NCBI GenBank assembly: GCA_031972475.1
Contig: DALYEP010000001.1
Coordinates: 325,147 to 389,146 of the forward strand
Length of the DNA stretch: 64,000 bases
Direction: 5' to 3'
Origin: Candidatus Babeliales bacterium
Lineage (GTDB): Bacteria > Babelota > Babeliae > Babelales > CAIQNR01
Below, piece by piece: positions 9,598 to 18,312 of the stretch (the first letter of the stretch is position 1; each line of letters begins with the position of its first letter). The position numbers and the translations under genes are program-made. Under the pieces are notes generated by a model. That model saw only the letters and a program-made list of their open reading frames with translations. It made no database searches and was not told where the DNA came from.

Positions 9598-9837
9598 ATG
9601 GACGTTTTTTATGTTAAAGCAATAGCTTTTTTAGGAGTAGCTTTAGGAATGGGAATTGGAGCAATGGGACCTTCTATAGGTATGGGAATGGTAGGTCAAA
9701 AAGCTTGCGAATCAATAGCTAAAGCACCAGAACATTCTGGTAAAATTCGCATGACTATGATTATTGCAATGGGTCTTATTGAAGCATGTGCTATATATTC
9801 ATTTATTCTTTGCGGTTGGATACTCTTAAAAGTATAA
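9598..9837 (+). CDS. atpE: F0F1 ATP synthase subunit c
   Basis: Two-helix hairpin, GxGxGxG motif, KAPE loop, conserved Glu in GLIEACAIY. Confidence 0.95.
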   Translation: MDVFYVKAIAFLGVALGMGIGAMGPSIGMGMVGQKACESIAKAPEHSGKIRMTMIIAMGLIEACAIYSFILCGWILLKV

Positions 9838-9850
9838 AAAGGACCACTCT

Positions 9851-10216
9851 GTGTTTTCTTTTGATATAACACTTATTTTTCAAATGATTCATTTCTTTTT
9901 TGCCTGGTGGTTTCTTGATCGTTTTTTGTTTAAATATCTGGTTAGTCATATTCATCAAGAACATACATATATGACAGGACTACAGCGCAAATTAGAAGAA
10001 GAAGTTCATACATTACAAGTAATGATGCAACAAAAAGACGGTGAATGGACTCGATTTAAAAATTTATACAAAGAAAAAATACCAGAAAAAATAGATTCAT
10101 ATTCACAAGTTAAAGATATTGCTTTTACTCCTCCAAAAGAAATCTCAGAAAAACAAAAAGTAGAAATAATTCATGATATTTCTCAAAAATTTATACAGGA
10201 AATATCTCATGATTAA
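9851..10216 (+). CDS. ATP synthase b'-like subunit (divergent)
   Basis: GTG start, DITLIFQMIHFFFAWWFLDRFLFK b-type N-terminal TM, position between atpE and atpF. Confidence 0.7.
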   Translation: MFSFDITLIFQMIHFFFAWWFLDRFLFKYLVSHIHQEHTYMTGLQRKLEEEVHTLQVMMQQKDGEWTRFKNLYKEKIPEKIDSYSQVKDIAFTPPKEISEKQKVEIIHDISQKFIQEISHD

Positions 10217-10700
10217 CACTATTTTTGACTATGTTTTTTCATTTAGATTTATTAATTTTATCTGGATTATTACATGTTTTTGTTATGGAATTAAAAAATG
10301 GATTGTTCCGGATTTAAAGACTGCAATTATTGATAAAAAAAATAGTATTACAATAATAAAACATTCAATTTCGCAAACACAATCTCAACAAAAAGACCTC
10401 TTAGACTCTATAGAATTGCAAGAATCTGTCGGCAAAGAACTTTTTTCTAAAATAATGATTTGGAATGAGCATAATACAAAAAAAAATAAACTTTTAGAAC
10501 AGAACCAAAGAACAATGCTTCACAACTATCAACATTATAGAATGACTCAATACAAGTCAGTTGAATTACTCTATGCTCAACGCTTAATACAACAAGATGT
10601 TTGGAATGTTACTATCGATCATCTCAAAAATATGTATAGCAATCAAAAAGATCAAGATAACTTTCTAAAACACGTTCTCAGTAAAAATCATGAGGAATAG
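10209..10700 (+). CDS. atpF: ATP synthase subunit b (divergent)
   Basis: FRFINFIWII N-terminal TM then coiled coil; operon position. Confidence 0.7.
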   Translation: MINTIFDYVFSFRFINFIWIITCFCYGIKKWIVPDLKTAIIDKKNSITIIKHSISQTQSQQKDLLDSIELQESVGKELFSKIMIWNEHNTKKNKLLEQNQRTMLHNYQHYRMTQYKSVELLYAQRLIQQDVWNVTIDHLKNMYSNQKDQDNFLKHVLSKNHEE

Positions 10701-11245
10701 TGATGAATACCTTGCATACCAAGCTTTCTTTAAAATATACAAAAGCATTTATGAATGTTTTTATGCAGGATATAAAAAAACAAGATATAGAATCGCTTAC
10801 TCAATGCGCTCAATTTTTATCTAAAAAACAAGAACTTTTATTTTTCTTAAACATATCGTTAATCAATCAAACTGAAAAAGAACGCTATATAGATAATATA
10901 TGCAACCAATTTAGCCTTTCTAATCCATATAAAAAATTATGCCTTCTTGTTGTACAACACCAAAGATCAATTCTTCTTCCTATTATTTTCAATATGATTA
11001 AAGAATCCTATATGAAAATAAAAAAAGAATACGCTTTCACAGTAGCAACACCAAAAGAGCTTACAGAAGATCAAAAAAAAGATGTTTTATGTTTTTTGCA
11101 GGATAATCTTTCTGGTAATATTTCTTGTAAATATACTACCGATACAAGTCTTATAGCAGGAATTCGCATATCTAATGGTTTTTTACTATGGGAAGATTCA
11201 ATAAAAAAACGTCTAACAAAATTTAAAAATGCACTAAGTAATTAA
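10700..11245 (+). CDS. atpH: ATP synthase subunit delta
   Basis: KYTKAF, TVATPKELT, DTSLIAGIRI..G...EDSIKKRL. Confidence 0.9.
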   Translation: MMNTLHTKLSLKYTKAFMNVFMQDIKKQDIESLTQCAQFLSKKQELLFFLNISLINQTEKERYIDNICNQFSLSNPYKKLCLLVVQHQRSILLPIIFNMIKESYMKIKKEYAFTVATPKELTEDQKKDVLCFLQDNLSGNISCKYTTDTSLIAGIRISNGFLLWEDSIKKRLTKFKNALSN

Positions 11246-11252
11246 GGTTATT

Positions 11253-12773
11253 ATGGAAATAAAAAGTTCAGATCTTTTTTCATTATTTGAAAAATCATTA
11301 AGTGGTAAAACAGAAAAATCTCTGCAAGAAACAGGTGTTGTTGTTCAAATAGGTGATGGTATATGCCGAGTCCACGGGCTTGAAAATGCTGTATATAACG
11401 AATTAATAACATTTGAAGGCGGAAATAAAGGAATTGTTCTAGATCTAGAAGAACAATACGTTTCAATTTTTTTACTTTATAACTCTATTCCTGTTATAGA
11501 GCTTGAAACTGTATACCGAACTGGAGAAGTTTTTAAAACACCTGTTGGCATGCAACTTGCAGGACGTGTTATTAATATAATGGGAAAACCAATAGACGGT
11601 CTTGGAGAATTAATTATTGATGATCGTGCACAAGTAGAAGCATCAGCCCCAGGAGTTATAGAAAGAAGTCCTATTAATGAACCCCTGCAAACAGGAATTC
11701 TTGCTATAGATGCTTTAATACCAATAGGAAAAGGACAACGGGAACTTATTATTGGCAACCGAGGAACAGGTAAAACTGCTATAGCAATTGATACAATTTT
11801 ACATCAAAAAGGTAAAAATGTTTTTTGCATTTTTGTCTCTATAGGACAACGTCAAGCAAATTTAGCTCGAATTATGAAACTTCTTATAGAAAATGGTGCT
11901 ATGGAATACACCGTTATTGTAAGTGCTGATGCTAGTGATTCTGTACTATGCCAATACCTTGCTCCATATGTAGGTTGCACTATTGGTGAATATTTTAGAA
12001 GCAAAGGACATGACGCTTTAATTGTATATGATGATTTAACCAATCATGCAATTGCTTACAGAGAAATGTCATTGCTATTGCGCAGACCATCTGGAAGAGA
12101 GGCTTTTCCTGGAGATGTTTTTTATCTACATTCAAGACTATTAGAACGTGCAGGTAAAATTTTAAATGGCGGTTCTTTAACAGCACTTCCTATTATTCAA
12201 GTCCAAGCAGATGACATTACTGCATATATTCCTACTAATTTAATTTCTATCACAGACGGTCAAATTTTTTTAGATGATCAAATGTTTAAAAGTGGAATAA
12301 GACCTGCAGTTAACATTGGATTATCAGTATCTCGTGTAGGAGGAGCTGCTCAAACAAAAGCAATTAAAAAAATGGCAAAAACTCTGGGTCTTGAACTTGC
12401 TCAATATCGAGAACTTTTAGATTTTTCACAATTTGGCACTGATCTTGATCAGCATTCTCAAAATCGTATTAACAAAGGACAACGAGCTGTAGAAATACTT
12501 AAACAACCTCAATATATGACCTATTCTTTAACAGAAGAAACTCTCATGCTTTTTGTTTTACAAGATGATGAAATTAATGATATAGAAACAACTTATATCC
12601 ATACATTTGTTATGCAATTTATTAGTTATATTGAATCAGTATACTCAAAACTTTATAACATAATTGGCGAAACCAAAGATGTTTCTCAAGAAAACCATCA
12701 AGAACTTAAACGAATACTTAAAGAATTTAAAACATTATTTGTACTACCTGATGGAAAAAAATGGATAATTTGA
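11253..12773 (+). CDS. atpA: ATP synthase subunit alpha
   Basis: GDGICRVHGL, PIGKGQRELIIGNRGTGKT, GREAFPGDVFYLHSRLLERA, IPTNLISITDGQIFL, SVSRVGGAAQ. Confidence 0.98.
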   Translation: MEIKSSDLFSLFEKSLSGKTEKSLQETGVVVQIGDGICRVHGLENAVYNELITFEGGNKGIVLDLEEQYVSIFLLYNSIPVIELETVYRTGEVFKTPVGMQLAGRVINIMGKPIDGLGELIIDDRAQVEASAPGVIERSPINEPLQTGILAIDALIPIGKGQRELIIGNRGTGKTAIAIDTILHQKGKNVFCIFVSIGQRQANLARIMKLLIENGAMEYTVIVSADASDSVLCQYLAPYVGCTIGEYFRSKGHDALIVYDDLTNHAIAYREMSLLLRRPSGREAFPGDVFYLHSRLLERAGKILNGGSLTALPIIQVQADDITAYIPTNLISITDGQIFLDDQMFKSGIRPAVNIGLSVSRVGGAAQTKAIKKMAKTLGLELAQYRELLDFSQFGTDLDQHSQNRINKGQRAVEILKQPQYMTYSLTEETLMLFVLQDDEINDIETTYIHTFVMQFISYIESVYSKLYNIIGETKDVSQENHQELKRILKEFKTLFVLPDGKKWII

Positions 12774-12836
12774 AAATATTAACAAAAAAGCTTATAATAG
12801 TTTTTATTAAGTTAATTACTTAATGTTTTTCAAAAT

Positions 12837-12913
12837 GTGCCCGTAGCTCAGTTGGATAGAGCGACGGACTTCTAATCCGTAGGTCATAGGTTCAATTCCT
12901 ATCGGGCACACCA
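12837..12913 (+). tRNA. tRNA-Arg(UCU), CCA encoded
   Basis: Full cloverleaf GTGCCCG/CGGGCAC, anticodon arm ACGGA-CTTCTAA-TCCGT, T loop TTCAATT, ends ACCA. Confidence 0.97.
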
Positions 12914-12914
12914 T

Positions 12915-14552
12915 TTAATTACCTTTTAGATTTTCAATCTGCTCTTGATAATTTGCTTTAATACATTCGAGTTGTTCAACTTTTTCTTGATTACGCTCAA
13001 GCTTAGCTTTTTCTATTTCTAGTTCAACCCAATTAAAATTAACTTTTAATTTATCTAAATTATCATATTGCAATACTGCAAATAAATTAGATAACAAGCT
13101 TCGTTCACTTTTATCTTGATTTCCTTTTAAATCATTAAACGATCTCTTTTTAAGCTCCTCAGCATTAACATTAGAAGGATATTGACACTGAAATTGATCC
13201 GAATAAACTCTTGCATTAATATACGCTTGCTCTTCTAGCATAGAATTAAGATGAAGTAACTTTGTATAAAGATTATTTTTAAGTTTATCATTTTTATCAA
13301 TATAAGAAGTAATATTATGATAAAATTCATTAGAATACATTCTTGGATTAATATACGCTTGGTCTTCTAGTATAGAATTAAGATGAAGTAATTTTATATA
13401 AAGATTATTTTTAAGTTTATTATTTAATAATTGCATTTCAATATGTAATTTTTTTTGAATTGCTAAAAGCATAGTCATCTTATGATCATTAACTGCTTGA
13501 AATTCATTTTTAGTATCATTATCAGAACGCAAATTTTTTATATACGCTTCATGTTCTTGTTGATCTTGGAGCAATTCTTGCTTAGTTGTTTTGCTAAATT
13601 TAAATTGATTTAAATCATCTTTTGTAAATTCTTTTTGTTTTAAAATCATATCATTATAAGAAAAATTAGCTTTAAACTGATCTTCTTGCTTTTGTGCTTC
13701 TTTAGCAAATTCTTCAACTTGTTTTTTATTTAAATAACCTTTACTTGAAGTATAATTATCATGATATTGTTCAGCTAGTTTATTAATAGCTTCAGCAGAA
13801 CCCATATACTCTAAAGCCCCTAGATCAGCACTATATTCTATATAGTTTGAAAATGATTTATATTGTATTAATTTATTATTATCAAAAGAAAAATCATTAT
13901 AATAAAGATTATCATAAAATTCTCCATATATATCTTCGTCATTTGCGTGAACACGAGTTGCAATATGATAAAATCCATGATCTACTGGGAGAGCACGACG
14001 TATAATATGATAAAGTTCATGATCTACGTGATCACCATGTATAATATGATGAAGTTCATGTAATGCTACTTTACAATTGTAAATAAAAGATAATTCTTTG
14101 AGCCTAGATTCTTTAAGCCATACTGTATTAAAATATGCAGAACCTAGTACGTAGTCTCTAGTTCTCTCAACATATAATTTAATTTTTTCCATATTATATA
14201 ATTGACTTTTCCCCATAAAAGAAAGAGATCTCTTCATCAATAATTGGAAAAATGCAGAAGGACAAACGGCAACATTTTTTTCGATATGAATTTTTTCATC
14301 ATTTTTATATGTTTCTTTAGTCGAATCAAAACGAGAAATCACTGATTTTACCCGTCTCTTATCATTTAGAGTCTTTTCTTTTTCTGTGGCAAAATTAAAT
14401 TTAAAATATTTAATAGGATCTTCTGGAATACTTCTTAAATAAGAGAAATTAGAAGATTTACTATTTTTAGAACATTCTAAAAATGGACTTTTTATAGGAT
14501 CTTTATAATCACTACAAATAGAAAATAATAAAAATAGTTTATTAAATATCAT
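12915..14552 (-). CDS. secreted HExxH (M48-like) metallopeptidase-domain protein with helical C-terminal repeat
   Basis: Signal-like MIFNKLFLLFSIC; ALHELHHIIHGDH and downstream EYSADLGA; GAGG RBS. Confidence 0.6.
   Translation of the reverse strand: MIFNKLFLLFSICSDYKDPIKSPFLECSKNSKSSNFSYLRSIPEDPIKYFKFNFATEKEKTLNDKRRVKSVISRFDSTKETYKNDEKIHIEKNVAVCPSAFFQLLMKRSLSFMGKSQLYNMEKIKLYVERTRDYVLGSAYFNTVWLKESRLKELSFIYNCKVALHELHHIIHGDHVDHELYHIIRRALPVDHGFYHIATRVHANDEDIYGEFYDNLYYNDFSFDNNKLIQYKSFSNYIEYSADLGALEYMGSAEAINKLAEQYHDNYTSSKGYLNKKQVEEFAKEAQKQEDQFKANFSYNDMILKQKEFTKDDLNQFKFSKTTKQELLQDQQEHEAYIKNLRSDNDTKNEFQAVNDHKMTMLLAIQKKLHIEMQLLNNKLKNNLYIKLLHLNSILEDQAYINPRMYSNEFYHNITSYIDKNDKLKNNLYTKLLHLNSMLEEQAYINARVYSDQFQCQYPSNVNAEELKKRSFNDLKGNQDKSERSLLSNLFAVLQYDNLDKLKVNFNWVELEIEKAKLERNQEKVEQLECIKANYQEQIENLKGN
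13215..13425 (-). repeat. imperfect internal direct repeat (about 79-bp units, period 132 bp)
   Basis: 13215-13293 vs 13347-13425, encoding N.KLKNNLY.KLLHLNS.LE.QAYIN twice. Confidence 0.9.
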
Positions 14553-14571
14553 AATTATAACCTCTATTTTA

Positions 14572-14607
14572 CAAAAAAAAAGGCAATCTAATAAATTAGA
14601 TTAAGCC
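14572..14607 (-). terminator. intrinsic terminator after murE
   Basis: Minus strand ggc-tt-aatctaat-tt-attagatt-gcc followed by a T run. Confidence 0.6.
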
Positions 14608-14640
14608 AAATTTATTATGATTTTAAAAAAATGAGCTTAA

Positions 14641-16068
14641 TTATTTTACAAATGACTGCAAAATTTCTTTTTCACTAAAATAGGCTTTTGTAGTACCAAC
14701 AATTTGATATTCATCAGGTCCTTTTCCAAGAAGCATAATAATTGAATTATTTTTTGAATAGTTATACGCAATTTCTATAGCGCGAGCTCTATCAAGTTCA
14801 ATCAATACCTTATCTTTTTGAGAAATACCATCCATAAGGTCTTCAATTATTTTTTTTGGATCTTCTTGTCGAGGATTATCTGTTGTAAGAATAACAAGAT
14901 CACTATATTCAGATGCAATTCTTCCCATTTCTGGACGTTTTACAGAATCCTTGCCTCCACCTGCACCAAAAACAACAATTAAATGATCTGTCCATTCACG
15001 GACAACAGATAGCAAACTTCTAAATGATCCTGGAGTATGAGCATAATCAATATAAGCCTGAGCACCATTAGGCAAGTTATACTCTTCTAATCTTCCAGGT
15101 ATTTTTGGAAATTGAATAGTAGTGCTTAAAAATTGATTTAAAGAAAAACCCAACTGCATTAAAGCAATACAAGCTCCTGCTAAATTATATGCATTAAAGA
15201 TCCCTGGAATACCCTGATACTTAATATCATAACTATTAGAATCAACCATTATAGTTATTTTATTTTGGATATAATGCACATAAGCAGAACAATCAAAATC
15301 TTTTTTTAAAGAAAACCCAACAGATTTATTTAGTTCTTTTAAGATTCTTTGGCCATATACATTATCTGCATTAACAATCACATAACCATCATTTTTCAAA
15401 TGACTTATTATTTTGTATTTTGCTTGAAAATAATCTTCTATATCAGGATACAATTCAGCATGTTCTCGTTCTAAATTAGTAAAAATAAGAGCATCTAACT
15501 GGATATCATCAATTCTATTAAAGGTTGTAGCCTGTGCAGCGATCTCCATAACAACATACTCTACATCATGTTGAACACAGAGTGAAAAAAATTGATGCAA
15601 ATAATCTGGCTGTGCAGTAGTAAGAGGAGCTTTAAGTTCAAATCCATTAATTGCATTAGAGACAGTGCTTAATCGAGCAACATTTTTACCTATTTTTTTT
15701 AAAAGCTTTTCTAAAATATATACTGATGTTGTTTTACCTTTAGTTCCAGTAATACCAATAATTTTTAATTTCTTTGCAGAATAATTTGCCATCTGATCGC
15801 TTAATTCCGCCAAAGCTTTACGAGAATTTTCTACACGAGTAAGCGGTATTTCATGAACAGTAAGCAATAAAAGAATATCTTGAGGAACAAAAGCATCTTT
15901 TTGAATAACTATACGAGATGCACCCTTTGCTATTGCTTGAGGAATATACAAAACACCATCATAATGCTGACCACAAATGGCAACAAATATAGTTCCCTGA
16001 CCAACATTATCTGTATGTGCAGCTACAGGAAAAATAGATGGCATACTTATTTTTTGAGATAAATTCAT
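14641..16068 (-). CDS. murE: UDP-MurNAc-tripeptide ligase (DAP-type)
   Basis: GITGTKGKTT, MEIAAQA, PGRLE, IDYAHTP, FGAGGGKD..KRP.MG, DNPR, GKGPDEYQ. Confidence 0.95.
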   Translation of the reverse strand: MNLSQKISMPSIFPVAAHTDNVGQGTIFVAICGQHYDGVLYIPQAIAKGASRIVIQKDAFVPQDILLLLTVHEIPLTRVENSRKALAELSDQMANYSAKKLKIIGITGTKGKTTSVYILEKLLKKIGKNVARLSTVSNAINGFELKAPLTTAQPDYLHQFFSLCVQHDVEYVVMEIAAQATTFNRIDDIQLDALIFTNLEREHAELYPDIEDYFQAKYKIISHLKNDGYVIVNADNVYGQRILKELNKSVGFSLKKDFDCSAYVHYIQNKITIMVDSNSYDIKYQGIPGIFNAYNLAGACIALMQLGFSLNQFLSTTIQFPKIPGRLEEYNLPNGAQAYIDYAHTPGSFRSLLSVVREWTDHLIVVFGAGGGKDSVKRPEMGRIASEYSDLVILTTDNPRQEDPKKIIEDLMDGISQKDKVLIELDRARAIEIAYNYSKNNSIIMLLGKGPDEYQIVGTTKAYFSEKEILQSFVK

Positions 16069-16080
16069 ACATTAAAATTT

Positions 16081-17451
16081 TTATTTTTTAAAAATATGCT
16101 TACGCATATACGGTATAAAATACAACATAGCAAGCAAATTAACTATTAAAAGAGCTGCAATTACTATACTAATTAATGTCCATAATTCGCTAATATCGGC
16201 TATCGCTCCCAAAAATGAACCTGCTACAAAAATTATTGGAAATAATCCCATACCTCTACCACCAGTTACATACGTCCAAGATTGAAAACCTATATAACAA
16301 TAAGGAACAATAACACCAATTCCAAATGGCAAAGTTAAACCAGTTAAAATCCAACCACCATAATAACCAAAAACAGATTGATATGCTTCAATAACCATTG
16401 GAGCTCCAGTTTCACCAGACATCCAAGCTCCACTTGCAATCAATGCAATTGCTACCATAGTCATCGCAATATTATTACTAATAAATGTACTTAACATACT
16501 TGAAGATGCATCATTAATCGGCTCTTTAGAACCTGTACTTCCATACAATACAGAAGCCGTCCCTAGGCCAGCTTCACTCGCATTAACAGTAGCATATGCT
16601 GCATGATAAAAAACTTGTTGAAGAGTTAAGCCCATTGCAGCGCCGCCCATTGCTTTAGGAGTAAATGCATTATTCATAATAACACTAAGAGCTGAAGGAA
16701 TATGTGACCAATAATACGCAAGCACAATTAAAATAGTTAAAAAGAAGAGACCTACTTTAAGAGGAACAACTTTTTCTATAACTTTTACTATTCGCTTTGT
16801 TCCTCCAAGAAGAATATACATAGAAAAAGATGCCAAAATAAAACCAAGCACAAGCTTAACTATAGAAATATCTCCATACAAATACCAATCAGAAGGAATC
16901 ATCTTATTAAATGAAGTACTAATAGTATTACACTGCATAGCATTACCGCCCGTTAAACTAAAAAACAGACAAGCAATACCATATAAATAAGTCAAAATCA
17001 TTCCACCAGGTAATTTTTCTATATATAAAAAAGGACCACCTAATTTATTTTTGTCTTTATTTTCTAATGCAAATGAAACGGCCAAAAAAACCTCTGCAAA
17101 TCTAATTGCCATACATAGCAATCCAACCACAAACATCCAAAAAACAACTCCTGGTCCACCGGCAAAAAGAGCTACCGCCGTTCCAGAAAGACATCCATTT
17201 CCAATACTTATACTTAATGTATTTAAAAAAGCCTGAAAAGATGACATATCACCCGATTTTGAATCTGTTGTTTTTTTAGGAAAAAAAACGAGCTGACAAC
17301 TTTTTATAAAAGTTCTAAATTGAATAAAATTCAAAGCAATTGTAATAATACAAGCAACCGTAATAAAAAAAATAATAAACGGTAAACTCCATATTATATC
17401 TTTAACTGTATGAATAACATGTTGAAACTTATAGATCCAATAAGCGATCAT
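16081..17451 (-). CDS. alanine/glycine:cation symporter (AGCS/AlsT family)
   Basis: MSSFQAFLNTLS.SIG.G, GGPGVVFWM, GGPFLYI, EAGLGTA. Confidence 0.88.
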   Translation of the reverse strand: MIAYWIYKFQHVIHTVKDIIWSLPFIIFFITVACIITIALNFIQFRTFIKSCQLVFFPKKTTDSKSGDMSSFQAFLNTLSISIGNGCLSGTAVALFAGGPGVVFWMFVVGLLCMAIRFAEVFLAVSFALENKDKNKLGGPFLYIEKLPGGMILTYLYGIACLFFSLTGGNAMQCNTISTSFNKMIPSDWYLYGDISIVKLVLGFILASFSMYILLGGTKRIVKVIEKVVPLKVGLFFLTILIVLAYYWSHIPSALSVIMNNAFTPKAMGGAAMGLTLQQVFYHAAYATVNASEAGLGTASVLYGSTGSKEPINDASSSMLSTFISNNIAMTMVAIALIASGAWMSGETGAPMVIEAYQSVFGYYGGWILTGLTLPFGIGVIVPYCYIGFQSWTYVTGGRGMGLFPIIFVAGSFLGAIADISELWTLISIVIAALLIVNLLAMLYFIPYMRKHIFKK

Positions 17452-17594
17452 CGTAGTTTCCTTTCGTAGAACATTAACACAGAACTATAATTTAAAAATC
17501 GAGTATACAAGACTATTTAATGAATGTCTTTACAATTTTAATATGATATAATCAAATAATAATGAAAATATAAGCTCCTACTATAAAAGGAAAT

Positions 17595-18023
17595 TTGATG
17601 AAAATTATCGCTTTAGATCTTGGAGATCAATGGGTAGGGACTGCAATTACAGATGCATCAAGAATATTAGCAAGACCTCTTAAAACAGTACCACTTAAAG
17701 AATTATATACTTTTTTAAAAGAATTATTTTCCAATGAATCAATTTCTACCATTGTTGTAGGATACCCTCAAACACTTCGCGGAACTGAAAGCGAACAAAC
17801 AAAAAAAATACTTAGCCTTAAAAAAGAACTCGAATTAGAATTTTTTGATAAAAAATGGGAACTCTATGATGAAAGACTTACCAGTAAACAAGCTCAAGGA
17901 TTAGGTAAAAAAGGCGAAAAATTAGAAATTCATTCAAAAGCAGCCGCACTTATCTTAGAAGGATATTTAATGAGGCTACAATTTCAAAATGATTTAAATA
18001 AAATAGATCCTGAAGTGTTTTAA
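17595..18023 (+). CDS. ruvX: YqgF/RuvX pre-16S rRNA nuclease
   Basis: IIALDLGDQWVGTA, IVVGYP, YDERLTSKQA, HSKAAALILEGY. Confidence 0.95.
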   Translation: MMKIIALDLGDQWVGTAITDASRILARPLKTVPLKELYTFLKELFSNESISTIVVGYPQTLRGTESEQTKKILSLKKELELEFFDKKWELYDERLTSKQAQGLGKKGEKLEIHSKAAALILEGYLMRLQFQNDLNKIDPEVF

Positions 18024-18103
18024 TATTTGTATTTTTTAAAGAAAATTTTATTATTTTATAAATTCTTGAATTAATTTATAAACAATTCTTATATCATCTA
18101 TAA

Positions 18104-18180
18104 GTGCCCATAGCTCAGTTGGATAGAGCGACAGATTCCTAATCTGTAGGCCACAGGTTCAATTCCTGTTGGGCACACCA
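18104..18180 (+). tRNA. tRNA-Arg(CCU), CCA encoded
   Basis: Cloverleaf GTGCCCA/TGGGCAC, anticodon arm ACAGA-TTCCTAA-TCTGT, ends ACCA. Confidence 0.97.
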
Positions 18181-18312
18181 TTCTTTTATAAAAAATTAAT
18201 ATTAAAAATAATCATTCTAAAAATTTTCATTTAAACCACACTCAAAAAGAGACAGGTTTACAGATCTTTACTTTTAAGGCAGACTACCGATCTTAATAGT
18301 AAGGAGAAAATT

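Noticed and set aside
12837-18180. tRNA-flanked genomic island with att repeats
   Set aside because: Both repeats are complete tRNAs with different anticodons and the interval holds core murE and ruvX; no integrase
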